A model generated the notes under the pieces. The model did no database searches, was not told the DNA's origin, and saw only the letters and a program-made list of their open reading frames with translations. Source: Lophium mytilinum (taxonomy: Eukaryota). From it: a stretch of 64,000 nt of DNA. A program made the translations under genes and the position numbers. Below, one piece after another: positions 36,126-48,215 of the stretch. The number at the start of each line of letters is the position of its first letter. Positions within the stretch are counted from its first letter, which is position 1. Location: the NCBI GenBank assembly GCA_010093605.1, contig MU004190.1, positions 1,571,599 through 1,635,598 of the forward strand, given 5' to 3'.

Positions 36126-37268
36126 TCACAAACCCTCTGGGAACACCCCCTTTGTCTTACCGTATGCTCCTCCGGCTGCTTTCCTCATTTCCAGTGCCCG
36201 CTTGTACGGCGGTGCGGTAGGCGGTTGCACGGGATCTAAACTGGTCCTATCTTTTGGCAGATGATAAGAGGCATCTGCATCATACGCCGATAGATCGCCA
36301 CAGGCGAGGAACGGTGCGACCCATCTAATATCGTCTTCGGGTTCCTCATCTTCCGAGCCCAACTCAAGCTCCGTGATGCCATCTTCTCGAACCCTTCGAT
36401 AGGGTTTCGTGCGCCCCCCGGATATCTCCGGATTCGGGGGGAGCTTTGAGCCTGCCCCAAGTGGGTTGTCCAAACTAGCTTTAAATCCCTTTGGTGGACA
36501 GAATCCCTCGCATACCACGAAGGCTTCGATGCTGCTCGCGCGACTGCTCCGAGGCTTTGCGACGCGAACCCGCTTGAATACAAGTTTGAGCTGCGCATAT
36601 AGCAGATCGACATCTTTGCCTCTGAAGATCTTTGCGACGAACTTGCCTCCTGGCTTGAGAACGCAGAGAGCGAGGTTTAGCGCCGCCCAGATGAGCTGAC
36701 CTTGAACGTAGATGTCGAGATCGTGGAGACCCGTGACATCTGGGGCACCATCGGAGATTACCAGGTCAACCGGATGAGAGACAGAAGTCACCCCAGGATC
36801 AAAACTTTCTGGGTCCAGTGCTTGGAGGAGAAGGGGAATGGTTGAAGGATGGGTGATGTCTGCACGTAGTGTCGTAATGCCTTCTAGAGGACTCATAGGC
36901 TGTAGATCTATCGCGACAATCTTGACGTCTTTCCGTGGTTTTAGTTCCTCTTTCGTATCTTGTTTCGATGGAGCTTCGATGCCTTCTTTTCCTTTGACGA
37001 CATCTTCACCGTAGACATATTGCCGGTCCTTCTCTTTCTTTTCTTCCCATCCTGCACGTCCAAACTTCTCGCCCTTGATGAGTATTCTCGATAGGACTTG
37101 ACTCCAACTACCAGGTGCAGCGCAAAGATCAACGACTCTAGTGACGTCTTCGAAGAGATTGAATTCTTCATCGATCTGGAGCAACTTGAAGGCGCTACGG
37201 GCGCGCCATCCTTGTTCTTTTGCTAGCCGGTAGTAAGCATCACGCTTGTCTTTGGATGATTTCCCCAT
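36126..37268 (-). CDS. TRM7: tRNA (cytidine32/guanosine34) 2'-O-methyltransferase, FtsJ/RrmJ family
   Basis: [79 protein letters not shown]. Confidence 0.95.
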   Translation of the reverse strand: MGKSSKDKRDAYYRLAKEQGWRARSAFKLLQIDEEFNLFEDVTRVVDLCAAPGSWSQVLSRILIKGEKFGRAGWEEKKEKDRQYVYGEDVVKGKEGIEAPSKQDTKEELKPRKDVKIVAIDLQPMSPLEGITTLRADITHPSTIPLLLQALDPESFDPGVTSVSHPVDLVISDGAPDVTGLHDLDIYVQGQLIWAALNLALCVLKPGGKFVAKIFRGKDVDLLYAQLKLVFKRVRVAKPRSSRASSIEAFVVCEGFCPPKGFKASLDNPLGAGSKLPPNPEISGGRTKPYRRVREDGITELELGSEDEEPEDDIRWVAPFLACGDLSAYDADASYHLPKDRTSLDPVQPPTAPPYKRALEMRKAAGGAYGKTKGVFPEGL

Positions 37269-37472
37269 TGTTTTGGTGGATGCGAGGCCTAAGTATCATA
37301 GTGCTGGGGTAGGCATCAATAGGCTGCGGTGAAGAGGTGAGGTTGGGATGGAACCAAGTTTTAAAACGGCAAGCCGAACCGAGCAGAAGTTTTTCGCGAG
37401 AACCAAATCGCAACTCCAACTTTTTTCACCACCACGACCTCTATCCCCAGCAAGACCACCACGAGCCTTACG

Positions 37473-39986
37473 ATGGCGCAACCCGAGAAGAAACGAGGGC
37501 TCCCGCCCAAGATTGCCGCGATGAAAGCGCGGAAGCGACAAAAGGTCGAGAACCCCACCACCTCTCCCTCTGAAACATCGAAACCCGCGAAGCAAGGGCG
37601 GAAGGTGCGCCTCGACGAGCTGAAATGGACGGAGGTGGAGATGCCGGATCGGATGGATGATTTCGAGGGCTTCTTTGGCTTGGAGGAGATTGACGACGTA
37701 AAGATTGTGAGAGAGGATAATGGGAGGATGTACTTTGAGGCGTTGGATGAAAAAATAATCAAGAGTGGAGCGGCCAATGGCAAAGCCAAAGCCAGCGGAG
37801 CAGAAGCTGGCGATATCGATGATACCGGAGATGATGACGCGGACGATACAGAGTGGTCTGGGTTTGGGGATGACGATGTCGAGCCGGTAAAGCCAGTCGA
37901 GCCTCCGGCGAAGAAATCGAACTTAAAGGAGAAGAAGGATACTAAGAAGGCCCAGAAGGAGCAGAAAGATGCGAAGAAAAAGGAACAGAACGATACCAAG
38001 CCTAGTAAAAAGGACATCAAGAAGAAAGAAAAACAGACAAAAGCATCCATACCGTCTCTGTCAAGTGATGCTACGGGGTTTGATGCCTTGGACGCGCTTA
38101 ACGAAGGTGACGAGGAGATGGACGTTTCTGCATGGGAAGAACTGGAACTTTTACCCCAGACCTTGTCGTCCCTTTCGAAGCTTGGATTCGGCAACCCTAC
38201 ACCAATTCAATCCTCCGCAATACCGGAAATTTTGGCCGGCAACGATGTGATTGGAAAAGCGTCCACGGGGTCTGGAAAGACTCTAGCATTTGGTATCCCA
38301 ATACTCGAGAGTTATCTAGCAAGACCGAAGAAGACTGCAAACGATACGAAAACATCCGAGCAGAAGCCGCCGCTTGCCTTGATCTTGTCGCCGACTCGAG
38401 AATTGGCACACCAAATCACCGATCATCTCAATGCACTTTTCAAGGGAGGGAATTTTGAAGGCCCGCTGATCGCAACTCTGACGGGGGGTCTTTCGGAGCA
38501 GAAGCAGCAACGTCTACTAGCGCATGCAGATGTCGTAATTGGTACACCTGGACGATTGTGGCAAGCTATGAGAGAGGGTCACGGTCTTGTGAAATTATTC
38601 AAGAAAATTCGATTCTTGGTCATTGATGAAGCCGATCGTCTCCTCTCCCAAGGTAACTTCAAAGAGGTCGAAGAGATTCTCAACGTGCTCGAACGCGAAG
38701 ACGATGAAGCAGTTTCCGACGCTGAGTCCGACACCTCCTCGGCCCCACCTCCTACAATGACCACCCCTCCACCTCGCCAGACTCTCGTCTTCTCCGCGAC
38801 CTTCAACAAAGACCTGCAACAAAAACTCTCTGGTCGCGCCCGCAAGTCAACTACCTCAAATCTTGCCACCCCCCAACAGTCCATGGAATACCTCCTCACC
38901 CGCCTTCGCTTCCATGCCTCTCCATCTGGCAAGCCCAAGTTCATCGACGTTGACCCATCCTCCCAACTCGCTCGCAAAATTCGCGAAGGTCTCGTCGAGT
39001 GTGGTGCGCTAGAAAAGGATCTCTACGCCTACGCCCTCCTCCTCCATCACCCGAATGTCCGAACGCTTCTCTTCACAAACTCAATATCCGCTGTCCGCCG
39101 CCTAGCACCATTTCTGCAAAATCTGGGCCTGCCGGCGCTGCCACTACACAGCCAAATGGCCCAGAAAGCACGGATGAGATCAATCGAGAAGTTCAAGTCG
39201 CAGAAGGGCGCGATTCTCGTAGCGACGGATGTGGCAGCGAGAGGACTTGATATTCCGGCGGTGGCTTTGGTGCTACATTACCATCTACCGCGAGCTGCGA
39301 ACACGTACATACATCGCGCGGGCCGTACGGCACGCGGAGATGCTAGTGGAAGCAGCATCCTTCTCTGTGCGCCCGATGAGGTAGCGGGTGTGAGACGCTT
39401 AATCGCAAATGTGCATCAGAGATCGACGTTCGCAACGGAACAACACGATAGCGAGAACTCCGATGACAGTTCCAGTAACGACGAAGATGAACAAGCGACT
39501 GAGAAGACGGTTACCAAGAAGAAGGATTTCAATAAAAAGAAAGGAATCCACTTCATTCGCACCATAGACATCGACCGCCGTCTAGTAGCCCGCATCAAGC
39601 CCCGCGCAGATCTCTCCAAGAAAATCACTGATGTCCAAGCTGCTAAAGAGAAGAAATCAAGCGCTGATGAGTTCCTCCGCCAAGCCGCTGAAGATCTTGG
39701 CGTTGACTACGACTCCGAGGAGCTCGATGCCCAAGGCTCTGCTGGAAGGATGAATAGAGGTGCGGGCCGTAAGAGGCGCGAGAGAGAAGCACGCGGTATC
39801 AGCAAGGACGAGATGGGCGCCTTAAGAGCCGAGTTGAAAGACCTTCTGAGCCGGAGGGTCAATGTGGGTGTCAGCGAGAAGTATCTGACTAGCGGCGGGG
39901 TGGATATCGATGCTTTATTGAAAGGTGATGGCAAAGGTATCTTCCTAGGTCAGGTAGCTGGGGTAGGATTGTTTGACGACGAATAA
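37473..39986 (+). CDS. MAK5: DEAD-box RNA helicase, Mak5/DDX24-like (60S biogenesis)
   Basis: Q motif GFGNPTPIQ, ASTGSGKT, SPTRELA, TPGRL, DEAD, SAT, ARGLDIP, HRAGRTAR; N-terminal FFGLEEID typical of Mak5. Confidence 0.9.
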   Translation: MAQPEKKRGLPPKIAAMKARKRQKVENPTTSPSETSKPAKQGRKVRLDELKWTEVEMPDRMDDFEGFFGLEEIDDVKIVREDNGRMYFEALDEKIIKSGAANGKAKASGAEAGDIDDTGDDDADDTEWSGFGDDDVEPVKPVEPPAKKSNLKEKKDTKKAQKEQKDAKKKEQNDTKPSKKDIKKKEKQTKASIPSLSSDATGFDALDALNEGDEEMDVSAWEELELLPQTLSSLSKLGFGNPTPIQSSAIPEILAGNDVIGKASTGSGKTLAFGIPILESYLARPKKTANDTKTSEQKPPLALILSPTRELAHQITDHLNALFKGGNFEGPLIATLTGGLSEQKQQRLLAHADVVIGTPGRLWQAMREGHGLVKLFKKIRFLVIDEADRLLSQGNFKEVEEILNVLEREDDEAVSDAESDTSSAPPPTMTTPPPRQTLVFSATFNKDLQQKLSGRARKSTTSNLATPQQSMEYLLTRLRFHASPSGKPKFIDVDPSSQLARKIREGLVECGALEKDLYAYALLLHHPNVRTLLFTNSISAVRRLAPFLQNLGLPALPLHSQMAQKARMRSIEKFKSQKGAILVATDVAARGLDIPAVALVLHYHLPRAANTYIHRAGRTARGDASGSSILLCAPDEVAGVRRLIANVHQRSTFATEQHDSENSDDSSSNDEDEQATEKTVTKKKDFNKKKGIHFIRTIDIDRRLVARIKPRADLSKKITDVQAAKEKKSSADEFLRQAAEDLGVDYDSEELDAQGSAGRMNRGAGRKRREREARGISKDEMGALRAELKDLLSRRVNVGVSEKYLTSGGVDIDALLKGDGKGIFLGQVAGVGLFDDE

Positions 39987-40106
39987 GCTTTACGGTCAAT
40001 AGTTGTACTGTAGTCTAGTAAGTACTGTACAAACTTAGGCTCGTCGACCTTCGATCTTTTCCAGAACTATGATGATGTGCTGAGGCACTACAAACTGTGA
40101 CAAGTA

Positions 40107-40346
40107 CAGTACAAGACCACAAGTCTAAGCACATGGATTTTTCACTGCTTAGCATCGATGTTGCTCGCTTGACACCACAACACCACTGTAGTGGGTAGCC
40201 TGGTTGCTTAGGTACCGGCCGGTTAGTCAAGAGGCATTCTAATCTACACTACTTCAAACTCGACGTCACCGTTGAATCTTCGAAATCCTATGGGATCACC
40301 TCTAGTAGTGGCGAGCCAGTGTGTCTAGACTTATAGCTCATCAATA
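40107..40346. mobile_element. MITE copy
   Basis: TA|CAGTacaagaccacaagtctaagcac ... ccactgtagtgggtagcctgg ... gtgtctagacttatagc. Confidence 0.7.
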
Positions 40347-40638
40347 TAGGCAAATTATACAGGTATGAAACCTCTCCGAATCAAACACTCACGGCCTGGA
40401 GATAATATTGAAATCTTCATAATCTGTTGAAGCACCTCAGAACGGTGAGAAGTGAGTTTGAGCAGACTTGGGACGCCTTGCAGCTTAATGCTACAGTTAT
40501 CGGACTATCGTTTCTCCTTTCCTTCCACTGAATGAATTCACCAATTCCCGCTAACCTCGCTACCATGCTGAAGCTTGCCCTCGTCCACCTAACATCAACG
40601 ACGCCATTACCTCGATAATCCTCGAGGAGACTGCCAAC

Positions 40639-42032
40639 ATGACAGGCACTGTAAGTACCTCCTTCTATTCAACATGCCCCCCATACAATCCCTCGCCATA
40701 TTCCGCTTCTAACATAGCACAGTCCAAACGTCCCCCGTCTCCGACCTCCCGCGCCGACGAGGAGCGTCCTCGCCACCGTGTTCGCGTCGACATGCCGACT
40801 CATCATCACAACTTACCGTACACTGGCCACGACCAACGCTTCCCCAGTCATACCCGCGAGTCTACGTCTTATCGGCGCGGCCCATCTCCAGCCCCAACCC
40901 CCGTTCCAGCTCCACCCGGCGACGAAGAGTATGCTCGCCGTCTCCAGCTTGCTGAGGAGTACGATCCTTCAACGCTTAACGACCGATTCGAGCGCCTGAG
41001 AGAGCCACGCAGCGGCTTGAGACAGCCCCGCCTGATCACGGTTCTGAGCAGCGACGAAGAGCGCGTCGACCGTCCTGTTCGCAAGGAGAAGATCAGTCGG
41101 TGGGGCCCGAGCACCAACGACGAGGGAGAGAAGAAGAAATTCGTCGAGCCGGTACCAGCATCACGCTCGTTCGCCACTCCTGTCAGCGCTAACGAGCGCA
41201 CTCCCGTCGTTGACCTCACAAGACTGTCCAGTATGTTAGATGCGAGGACCCACGCGCGAGAGAAGAGGCTTGGCTTGACGCCGCCAGCATCAGCTCCATC
41301 TTGGCCTTCCGGTATCAATATCCCGACTCCTTCTCGTGTCAGCTACAGCATGAAGTTCGACCGATCGATCCCAGCTCCGCCTGTAGTCTCCCAGAAGAGC
41401 GTGGGCTTGCGAGAGGGGTCCAGCCACACGGCAAAGATAGCCCCAACAGGTTCCCAGTTTAACTACCGTCTCCGGACTCCTACCCGTGCTTCTAACACGG
41501 AGATTCCCGCTCTCGCCACAGGATATAGTGAGTCTCGCCCTCTATAACAGTAGTCTTCAGTAGCCTTGTCTTTGCTAACGCTTAACGTACAGACGGTAAT
41601 CCATCCTCCGGCCGCACGGTCCGCCAAATGGATGCAGAAGATACTATCCTCCTGCAAAACCGTATCCGAGAACTAGAGAAGCGCTGCAAAGACGCAGAAA
41701 ACGCCGCTGCGAAGTCAGAGACTGCTCAGGTGAAGATGGGGACAATCGCTAACGATCTACGGGTTGCTCGGGATCAGATAACGAAGGAGCTGGCAATTGA
41801 GAAGCAGAAGGCTGTGGAGGCCGCCGCGAAGTCGGAAGCCGCTCTGGCGCAGATGGCGAAGGAGCTGGCGGCCGAGAAGCAGAAGGCTGCGCAGGCTGAT
41901 GCGGAGGCGAGGGCCGCTCGGGTGCAGTTGGGGTGGGATCTGGCGACCGAGAAGCAGAAGACGGAAGCGAACGAGCGCATGTGGGAGAAGGTGGATGCGA
42001 TGAGGGCGGAGTATAAGAAGCGACATGAATAG
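40639..42032 (+). CDS. Orphan protein, disordered N-terminal part and C-terminal coiled coil (introns ~40651-40722, ~41528-41592)
   Basis: gtgagt...ctaac...acag joins the 302-aa and 134-aa ORFs in frame; repeated ELAxEKQKA heptads. Confidence 0.7.
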
Positions 42033-42466
42033 GGCCTCAGGGCCATCTCACGTGGTTGATGTGGATACAATCCAGGTTCCGACGAGAAAACGATGCCCTG
42101 TAACTCCAGTCCAGCAGGATTATATCGGAAGACCTCAGACACTTGAAACCAATACGAATTCAGGTTGATAGAAGTGGGGTGGGAATTAGGTAGTGAAACA
42201 ATTACCTACCACTTGAGTATGAACTTTGAACTGGTGATTCGTGGATATCCTCTGCTGCATAGCCAATGCTGCGTTTTGAATACCTCTTGATCACCGAAGT
42301 TAATGCCATGCTGGCAGAGAAAAGCTCTTTGGTGAGGCTAGTTGTTAGTGGAGAAAAGTTCATTAGTGAAACTAGTTGTCGGTGGAGAGAAGCTATGAAG
42401 TAAAAAAATACGATTACTCAGGGTTATAGACACAATAATTTTGGTGAGCTGTTATAAAAGGATCAT

Positions 42467-42558
42467 GCCACTATGGCTCAGATGGCCCAAACTTACCAGG
42501 TTGTGGAAAGTTAAAGACGCTGAGTCCAGGTTCGAGTCCCAGCGGACTTCTCCTTTTT
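42467..42558 (+). pseudogene. tRNA-like Pol III element (A-box plus B-box, no intact cloverleaf)
   Basis: TGGCTCAGATGG at 42474-42485, GGTTCGAGTCC at 42529-42539, then a T5 run; the acceptor and T stems do not pair properly. Confidence 0.55.
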
Positions 42559-43002
42559 AACATTTTATATTTTTAAATCACGTGATCTTGATTCACTCAT
42601 TACCTCCAAACTATCTCTAGGGTGTGCAACCTTCCTTATATTTTATTGAACCCTTCGTTTTAATATCAATAGATGACCTACGTATCGCGGGGTAAGGTTT
42701 CCGCAGTGTCTTCTTTCTTTCTCATACGCTGTTGGCGCGAAGCGTTTGGAGGAGCCTCCAAATCACCGCTATCACGTGCAAGTTTGTAGAGCGTCGCCAC
42801 AATTGCTTCAATGGCGTTTGCCATCTTGTCACTCTTACCCCCACAGCCTGTAAAAGGTAGTCTAGTCCTCACGACGAGAAGTGACATCGCAGCTCAAAAA
42901 GGGAATGATTTGGGGGCACTTCAAGCAGTAACGAACAGCGGCACCTACCCCTTCGGTAACACGGGATAATTCTAGAACTCCTAAACTCCCAACCTGCCCG
43001 CT

Positions 43003-44061
43003 TTAATGTGAAAACATACATATCCTCTTCGCCACAAACCATGTCCAATATAGCGCACTATTATCCTCGCTCGGGAACCCGCCCCAGTTTTGTGCGATGG
43101 CGCCAAGCACGAGATCGCTGTACAGCGCGGCAAAGAAGCCAAAAGCGCCGATGAAGGCGAGGAAGAAGCTGCCGAACGTGTCTTTGTACGCGGATGTGAG
43201 GGCTGTGAGACCCGTGTATCCGTTCCTGTTGGCTTCCCAGTGGATCTTGTACCAGTAGGCGGCGGTTGCCATGGACAGGACAATGACGGCGATGGTGAAG
43301 CCGTATGTAAGACTACGTACGTCCTTGTTGTGGCGGAAGGACGTTATGATGAGAGCGATGAGGCCGGTCATGCCCGTCACGGTGCCGAGGAGGTAGAGAA
43401 TCAGCCACCAGAGCGGAGCCGTGTTATGCTTCGGCTTCGCTATTGGGGTTTCCGGAACTAAGGTGAAGAAGCTAGTTGTCGTGTGATTGGGCTGCTTGTA
43501 CATGCCCGGATTTGGCGAGAGGTACGGAGATGGCTGCGTGAGCGGGGTACCGGCAGGAGAGGGTGCAGGCTTCTTCTCTCGTGCTAAGATCGCGCGGTGG
43601 ATGCCCATGGCGCCAACGACGACGGATGTGACGAGTTTCCAGACGCCGATGAGGATGAATTGCCAGCTCAGGCGACATCGGTGGATGGAGACTGTGGCAA
43701 TTGGAATACAGGTTATCATGCTGATAGCTGCGAGGCACAAGTCGAATTTGCTGCTGCTGATGTGATGCTTTGGCCACAAAGGTACACGACCGTATCCTAT
43801 CCATGCGATGGTCCAGTAAGTCAGGAGATGTGAGATGATGCCAATCGCGCCGTATGGGAGTGCGTAACATTGGATCTCGCCGAGTGGTCCACCTGTGACG
43901 TTCTTGTCGGGTAGCATCTGGTTGAAATGGTCCCCTATGCTGTCTGGGAGAGCAAGTGCTGAGGCTGACTTCGCATTGAAGCAGAAAATGGATCCCATGA
44001 GTGATACCGAGGCGAGGTTGAGGCATGACCGCGACGACAATGGGTTGAGCCGCCAGGCCAT
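43003..44061 (-). CDS. Multi-pass membrane protein of unknown function
   Basis: 352-aa ORF with about 6-7 hydrophobic segments; motifs IQCYALPYGAIGIISHLLTYWT and LYSDLVLGAIAQNWGG. Confidence 0.8.
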   Translation of the reverse strand: MAWRLNPLSSRSCLNLASVSLMGSIFCFNAKSASALALPDSIGDHFNQMLPDKNVTGGPLGEIQCYALPYGAIGIISHLLTYWTIAWIGYGRVPLWPKHHISSSKFDLCLAAISMITCIPIATVSIHRCRLSWQFILIGVWKLVTSVVVGAMGIHRAILAREKKPAPSPAGTPLTQPSPYLSPNPGMYKQPNHTTTSFFTLVPETPIAKPKHNTAPLWWLILYLLGTVTGMTGLIALIITSFRHNKDVRSLTYGFTIAVIVLSMATAAYWYKIHWEANRNGYTGLTALTSAYKDTFGSFFLAFIGAFGFFAALYSDLVLGAIAQNWGGFPSEDNSALYWTWFVAKRICMFSH

Positions 44062-45198
44062 GACTGCGAGTCCTTATCGGATGGAAAATGCGAAAGGGCT
44101 GTGATTGAATCGTTAGCGACCTCTAGCTTGTAAGAGGTATACTGTCGCGCACCTCTCAGGGAACTCCACTAAAATCGGAGATCCCAGCCTTGCCTCCTCA
44201 AACTCGGCAAAGAAAACGGTCTGTACTAGATTCCAGAGTAAAAGAAAACGAGCACAATAGATCCAGATCGTGCCAGAATCAGCATCAATAATCTTCCAAA
44301 AGAGCGCTCAATCTTCGCGTGGTGTCGAGAAAGAAGGAAACGCGGGGCCCCTCTCCCTCAAATAGCGGCAGTGACCCTGAGGCTGAAGTATTGCACAACC
44401 AGACAGCTGGCCGCAGCGGCCAGCATAAAATAGATTGCCGTATCATAACCGGTCACAACAGGCGAGTTTCAAGCCTTTTGGCTTGCACGTGTGCGCCCGG
44501 TAGCCATATGGGTGCTAGAAATCGCTCTATTCGGGAGGGGACAACGCCCATTCCTCAGCCTTGCAGCAAGTCAAGCTGCGAGAAAGGCTTGGACGATGAA
44601 GTCGACGAATTGGAGAAGCGATGGTGGTGGCTGGGCCTGGCGGCTGCGCTTGGCTTCGATATCGGCAGCCCCTGTGGTGGCTTGTGGTCGGCCCGGTCCA
44701 GAATTCGGGAGCTGTTCCTGCGTCGGCTTGCTGCTCGCATAGGGGAGCCGCCGAAGGCTTGCAGCGAGAAAAAAATGGCTGGATGATTTAAGAGGAAAGT
44801 TTCTCAAACGATGGTACGTATGTAGGAGATGGTATGTCGTGAAGTTTAAGTTGGTGTCGATGAGTGGACCCATGGGACCCTGAAGATCGAAGGTGGGATC
44901 GATTTAGTACGACGTAGCTAGAGTCGACTGCAGAACTCAGAAGCGTCATCTCCTGCCCATCTGAGTAATATGGATGACGACGATAGCGGGCTTCTCTAAC
45001 TGCTCAATCTCATCCTCATAGTATATGCCCACTCTGTAGGTAGATTCAATATGCGTGCCCCCACTCCTGCAGCACTCTGGACGGGATCCAACCGCGACCT
45101 ATCTAGGGTGTAGTGCGCCCTGTGAGTCAACGGCATCAATGTTCAAAAGCCCTTCTCGCACTCCCCCAGTCTCCTCGCTCAAATCCCATTTCTCGATC

Positions 45199-45720
45199 AT
45201 GGCCACCCATAAGGAATGGCACCGCACCATCGCGGAGACATCCTACCTCATCTCAACTTCACCCTCCGCCCTATCCCATGCCTTCATCCAAGGAGCATTC
45301 GATTCCGACCAAATGTACTGGGCCAAGTCCGTGTCCTCCTCAGCGCTCCAGACCATGCTCAATCATTCCTTCAACTTTGGTCTCTACATGGAGAAAGCGC
45401 AAATCGGATACGCCCGCATGGTTACTGATCACGTGACCCTCGCCTATCTGACCGACGTTTACGTGGATCCAGCATACCAAGGGAAGGGGCTGGGGAAGTG
45501 GCTGGTGCAGTGTGTGAAAGAGTCAATCGAGGGAATACCTGAGTTGAGGAGGTGTTTGCTGATAACAGGAGGAGGCAACCACGGGGCACAAGGGCTGTAC
45601 GAGAAGGTGATGGGAATGAAGGTTATAGACCCTAACGATGATGGGATGGTAGCGATGCAGGGGACGAAAGGGGACCTATTGGGTGTTACTGATGGTATTC
45701 CAGGCTCTAGGAATTCCTAA
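45199..45720 (+). CDS. GNAT-family N-acetyltransferase
   Basis: QIGYARMVTDHVTLAYLTDVYVDPAYQGKGLGKWL (acetyl-CoA-binding motif A), followed by GLYEK. Confidence 0.9.
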   Translation: MATHKEWHRTIAETSYLISTSPSALSHAFIQGAFDSDQMYWAKSVSSSALQTMLNHSFNFGLYMEKAQIGYARMVTDHVTLAYLTDVYVDPAYQGKGLGKWLVQCVKESIEGIPELRRCLLITGGGNHGAQGLYEKVMGMKVIDPNDDGMVAMQGTKGDLLGVTDGIPGSRNS

Positions 45721-46134
45721 TAGAAGTCTCGGCCGGCTCGTGTATATAGTATTCGAGAACATAGACTATATTAAAGCCGATCGTTACAAAGGTTAAGAGA
45801 ACAGCAGTAGCGATGCTTAGTGCTCCGCAACGATTGCCTGCAGGTAGTATCTGCTTGAGTGTGCTCGCTTATGACATTAGCTTCAAACTTTAAGATACAG
45901 CTTCTACTCATGCTGTGCCCATCACGTGCAATGCGGATCTCCCCGTCCAATCAGGTTGAAGGATTGGAAGTGCTGCGCCGCCCCAGGTACTGTACATACC
46001 ATGCTACCTACACCACCCTGCGTGTTATGCCAACCCTGAAGCCACCTTTCGACTTCTACAAATCGCCCAACTTTCGTCTTCTACAACTCCCCCCCAACCT
46101 CGACTCCCGCCTCACAAGATCTCACGTCGCCGTC

Positions 46135-47043
46135 ATGCCCGGAGGTCGCTGTGGAGGTGTGAAGCATATCACTGCTAAGCAGTACAGCCAAAGGCTGGAC
46201 AGAGCGGCGCCTCTGCAGCGGCCATCACGCCGCCGGGCACTATCAAGACCGCCAAAACCCGCGTCACGAATCCCGTTTATCGGCAAACGGCGGGAGCAGC
46301 GACTTCAAACTTGCTTGCTCTTCTCACGACTCCCTGCGGAGCTCCGAATCATGGTCTTTTCCCACGTCTTTGGCGACCCGGGCGACGTCGTCCATGTTCT
46401 TTGGATCGATAGGCGCCTCGCCCACACACGGTGCCAAACAGCAAAGTCTAGGGAGCAGGGCGACGCTCGCCGGTTATGTTTCAGAGAGTGGCGGCGGCCC
46501 TCCCGAGGCGGCCTCTATGATTCTTCATATGGCGGCCAGGGCGCCCTTGTTAAGCTGGATATCGCACTTCTACAGACCTGCCGACAGGCCTACTCAGAGG
46601 CCATTGATTTGCTCTATTCTGTTCCTACGCTCGACTTCGAGTCGGCCAATTCCTTCATGCACTTCGAGCGCGCTATTCTCCCACAGCGGCTTCACGGTAT
46701 CAAGGCGCTGCAGGTCTCTTGGTTCTCCGGGACATGGCCTACCCGTGACCGAGACAAGAAGTATGAAGCAGAATACCTGCCAAGCTACTGGGATCCAATG
46801 TGCAAGACGATTACTACTATGGCCGGGTTGCGGTACCTGACGGTGGAGATCTTTGGCGTGGTGTGGTCAGTTGAGCAGGGCCAAGACCTATTGCTACAAC
46901 CGCTGGAGGGGCTGCGTGGCCTCACATCGTGCAACTTTCACGCAAGATACTGCAGATCTCACTTATTTTCTCAAGATGATGAGGTTGTCGAGATATCGTC
47001 TTTGGGGAAGAGAATTATGGCGCAGGCCACACTGGCACACTAG
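46135..47043 (+). CDS. Fungal F-box-like (DUF7730-type) protein
   Basis: FSRLPAELRIMVF and ALLQTCRQAYSEAIDLLYS signature; ATG at 46135 assumed. Confidence 0.7.
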   Translation: MPGGRCGGVKHITAKQYSQRLDRAAPLQRPSRRRALSRPPKPASRIPFIGKRREQRLQTCLLFSRLPAELRIMVFSHVFGDPGDVVHVLWIDRRLAHTRCQTAKSREQGDARRLCFREWRRPSRGGLYDSSYGGQGALVKLDIALLQTCRQAYSEAIDLLYSVPTLDFESANSFMHFERAILPQRLHGIKALQVSWFSGTWPTRDRDKKYEAEYLPSYWDPMCKTITTMAGLRYLTVEIFGVVWSVEQGQDLLLQPLEGLRGLTSCNFHARYCRSHLFSQDDEVVEISSLGKRIMAQATLAH

Positions 47044-48215
47044 GGTCAGGAGTACTTCATAGCGATTTACCACTGGGCGTAATTAGAATACACTCGACCT
47101 GATATTAATTCCACCCTCTGCGTAACTGGTTAAGGAATATCTTATGTAACTGTATCCTATTGCATTTGCTTGTAGGTTGAATTAACGATGTCCAGAGCCA
47201 AATCCTTGAGGGATTCAGGATTTATGCTCTCCGGGATATTTAGAATATCTGGAAACTCCTGGTAAGATGTAACGAAAGTTTAGACTAGAACACGGTTTGA
47301 ATAACTGGAAATATGCTAGTTGGGGCACTCTTGATAGTGCCGTCGAGAGTAAGATCCAGAAGGCGCGCAGGGCGAAGGAGACGATAGCATTGAGGTCGAT
47401 GGCTAGTAGTTCTTCGTAGTAATTAGTCAGCGGGAAATATTCGGGAGATATACCTTTGTAGCTAGGACGAAAAGGAGCCGGAAGCAGCCGACTTCACGTT
47501 AGCTCGGCATTACGGGCTCGAAGAAATACCGACTAAGGAGCTATACTTTCCTGTGCAGGGAGACAGCGTGTGCTATAGCATGCCAGTTATGTAATCTTCA
47601 GGGAATTTTTTGCGTTGAAAAACAAAGAGTCATGGAATCTTGATGCATATCCAACTCGGCCTAGCGTCCATCTGAACGCATAGGCGGTCTGCAGATGCTC
47701 AGAGGCAACTAACACGCCCAGCTTCTCTCCATGCCGCCTATGTATGACGCGCACTCACATCGTGGGGAAACAATTGGATCCCGGTTCGAGCACGATGAGC
47801 CCGCAAAGTCATGTCCCGCTCACCCTCTGCACCGGGCCTAGCGCCATGGCGAATTCCAAGGATTTCTTTATCGAGGCCAGTCTGCCAGGGTCAAACGGCC
47901 GACGGGGACCACTCCATGACAGACGGCTCGAGATGCCAACCACCAGTTCACCTCCATACCACACCATGGCGGCCCAAACATTATTAAGCCGCCCTGCCCT
48001 CCACGGTCCCATATACAGGCCCGTCAGCGCCTGCGTCTCAGTATCCTCAACACCATACTTTAAGCAGCGAGCTCTCCTGCCCCTCCATCCCTCGGCTCGA
48101 TCGCGCCATCTGCCCTAGGCCTCCTCCGTCGATTCCCGGACCCATATTCGTATCCCACTTTGGACGGACAAGGACAAATAGAGGCTCTTTGAGGCTCAGA
48201 ATCCCATAAAACACC

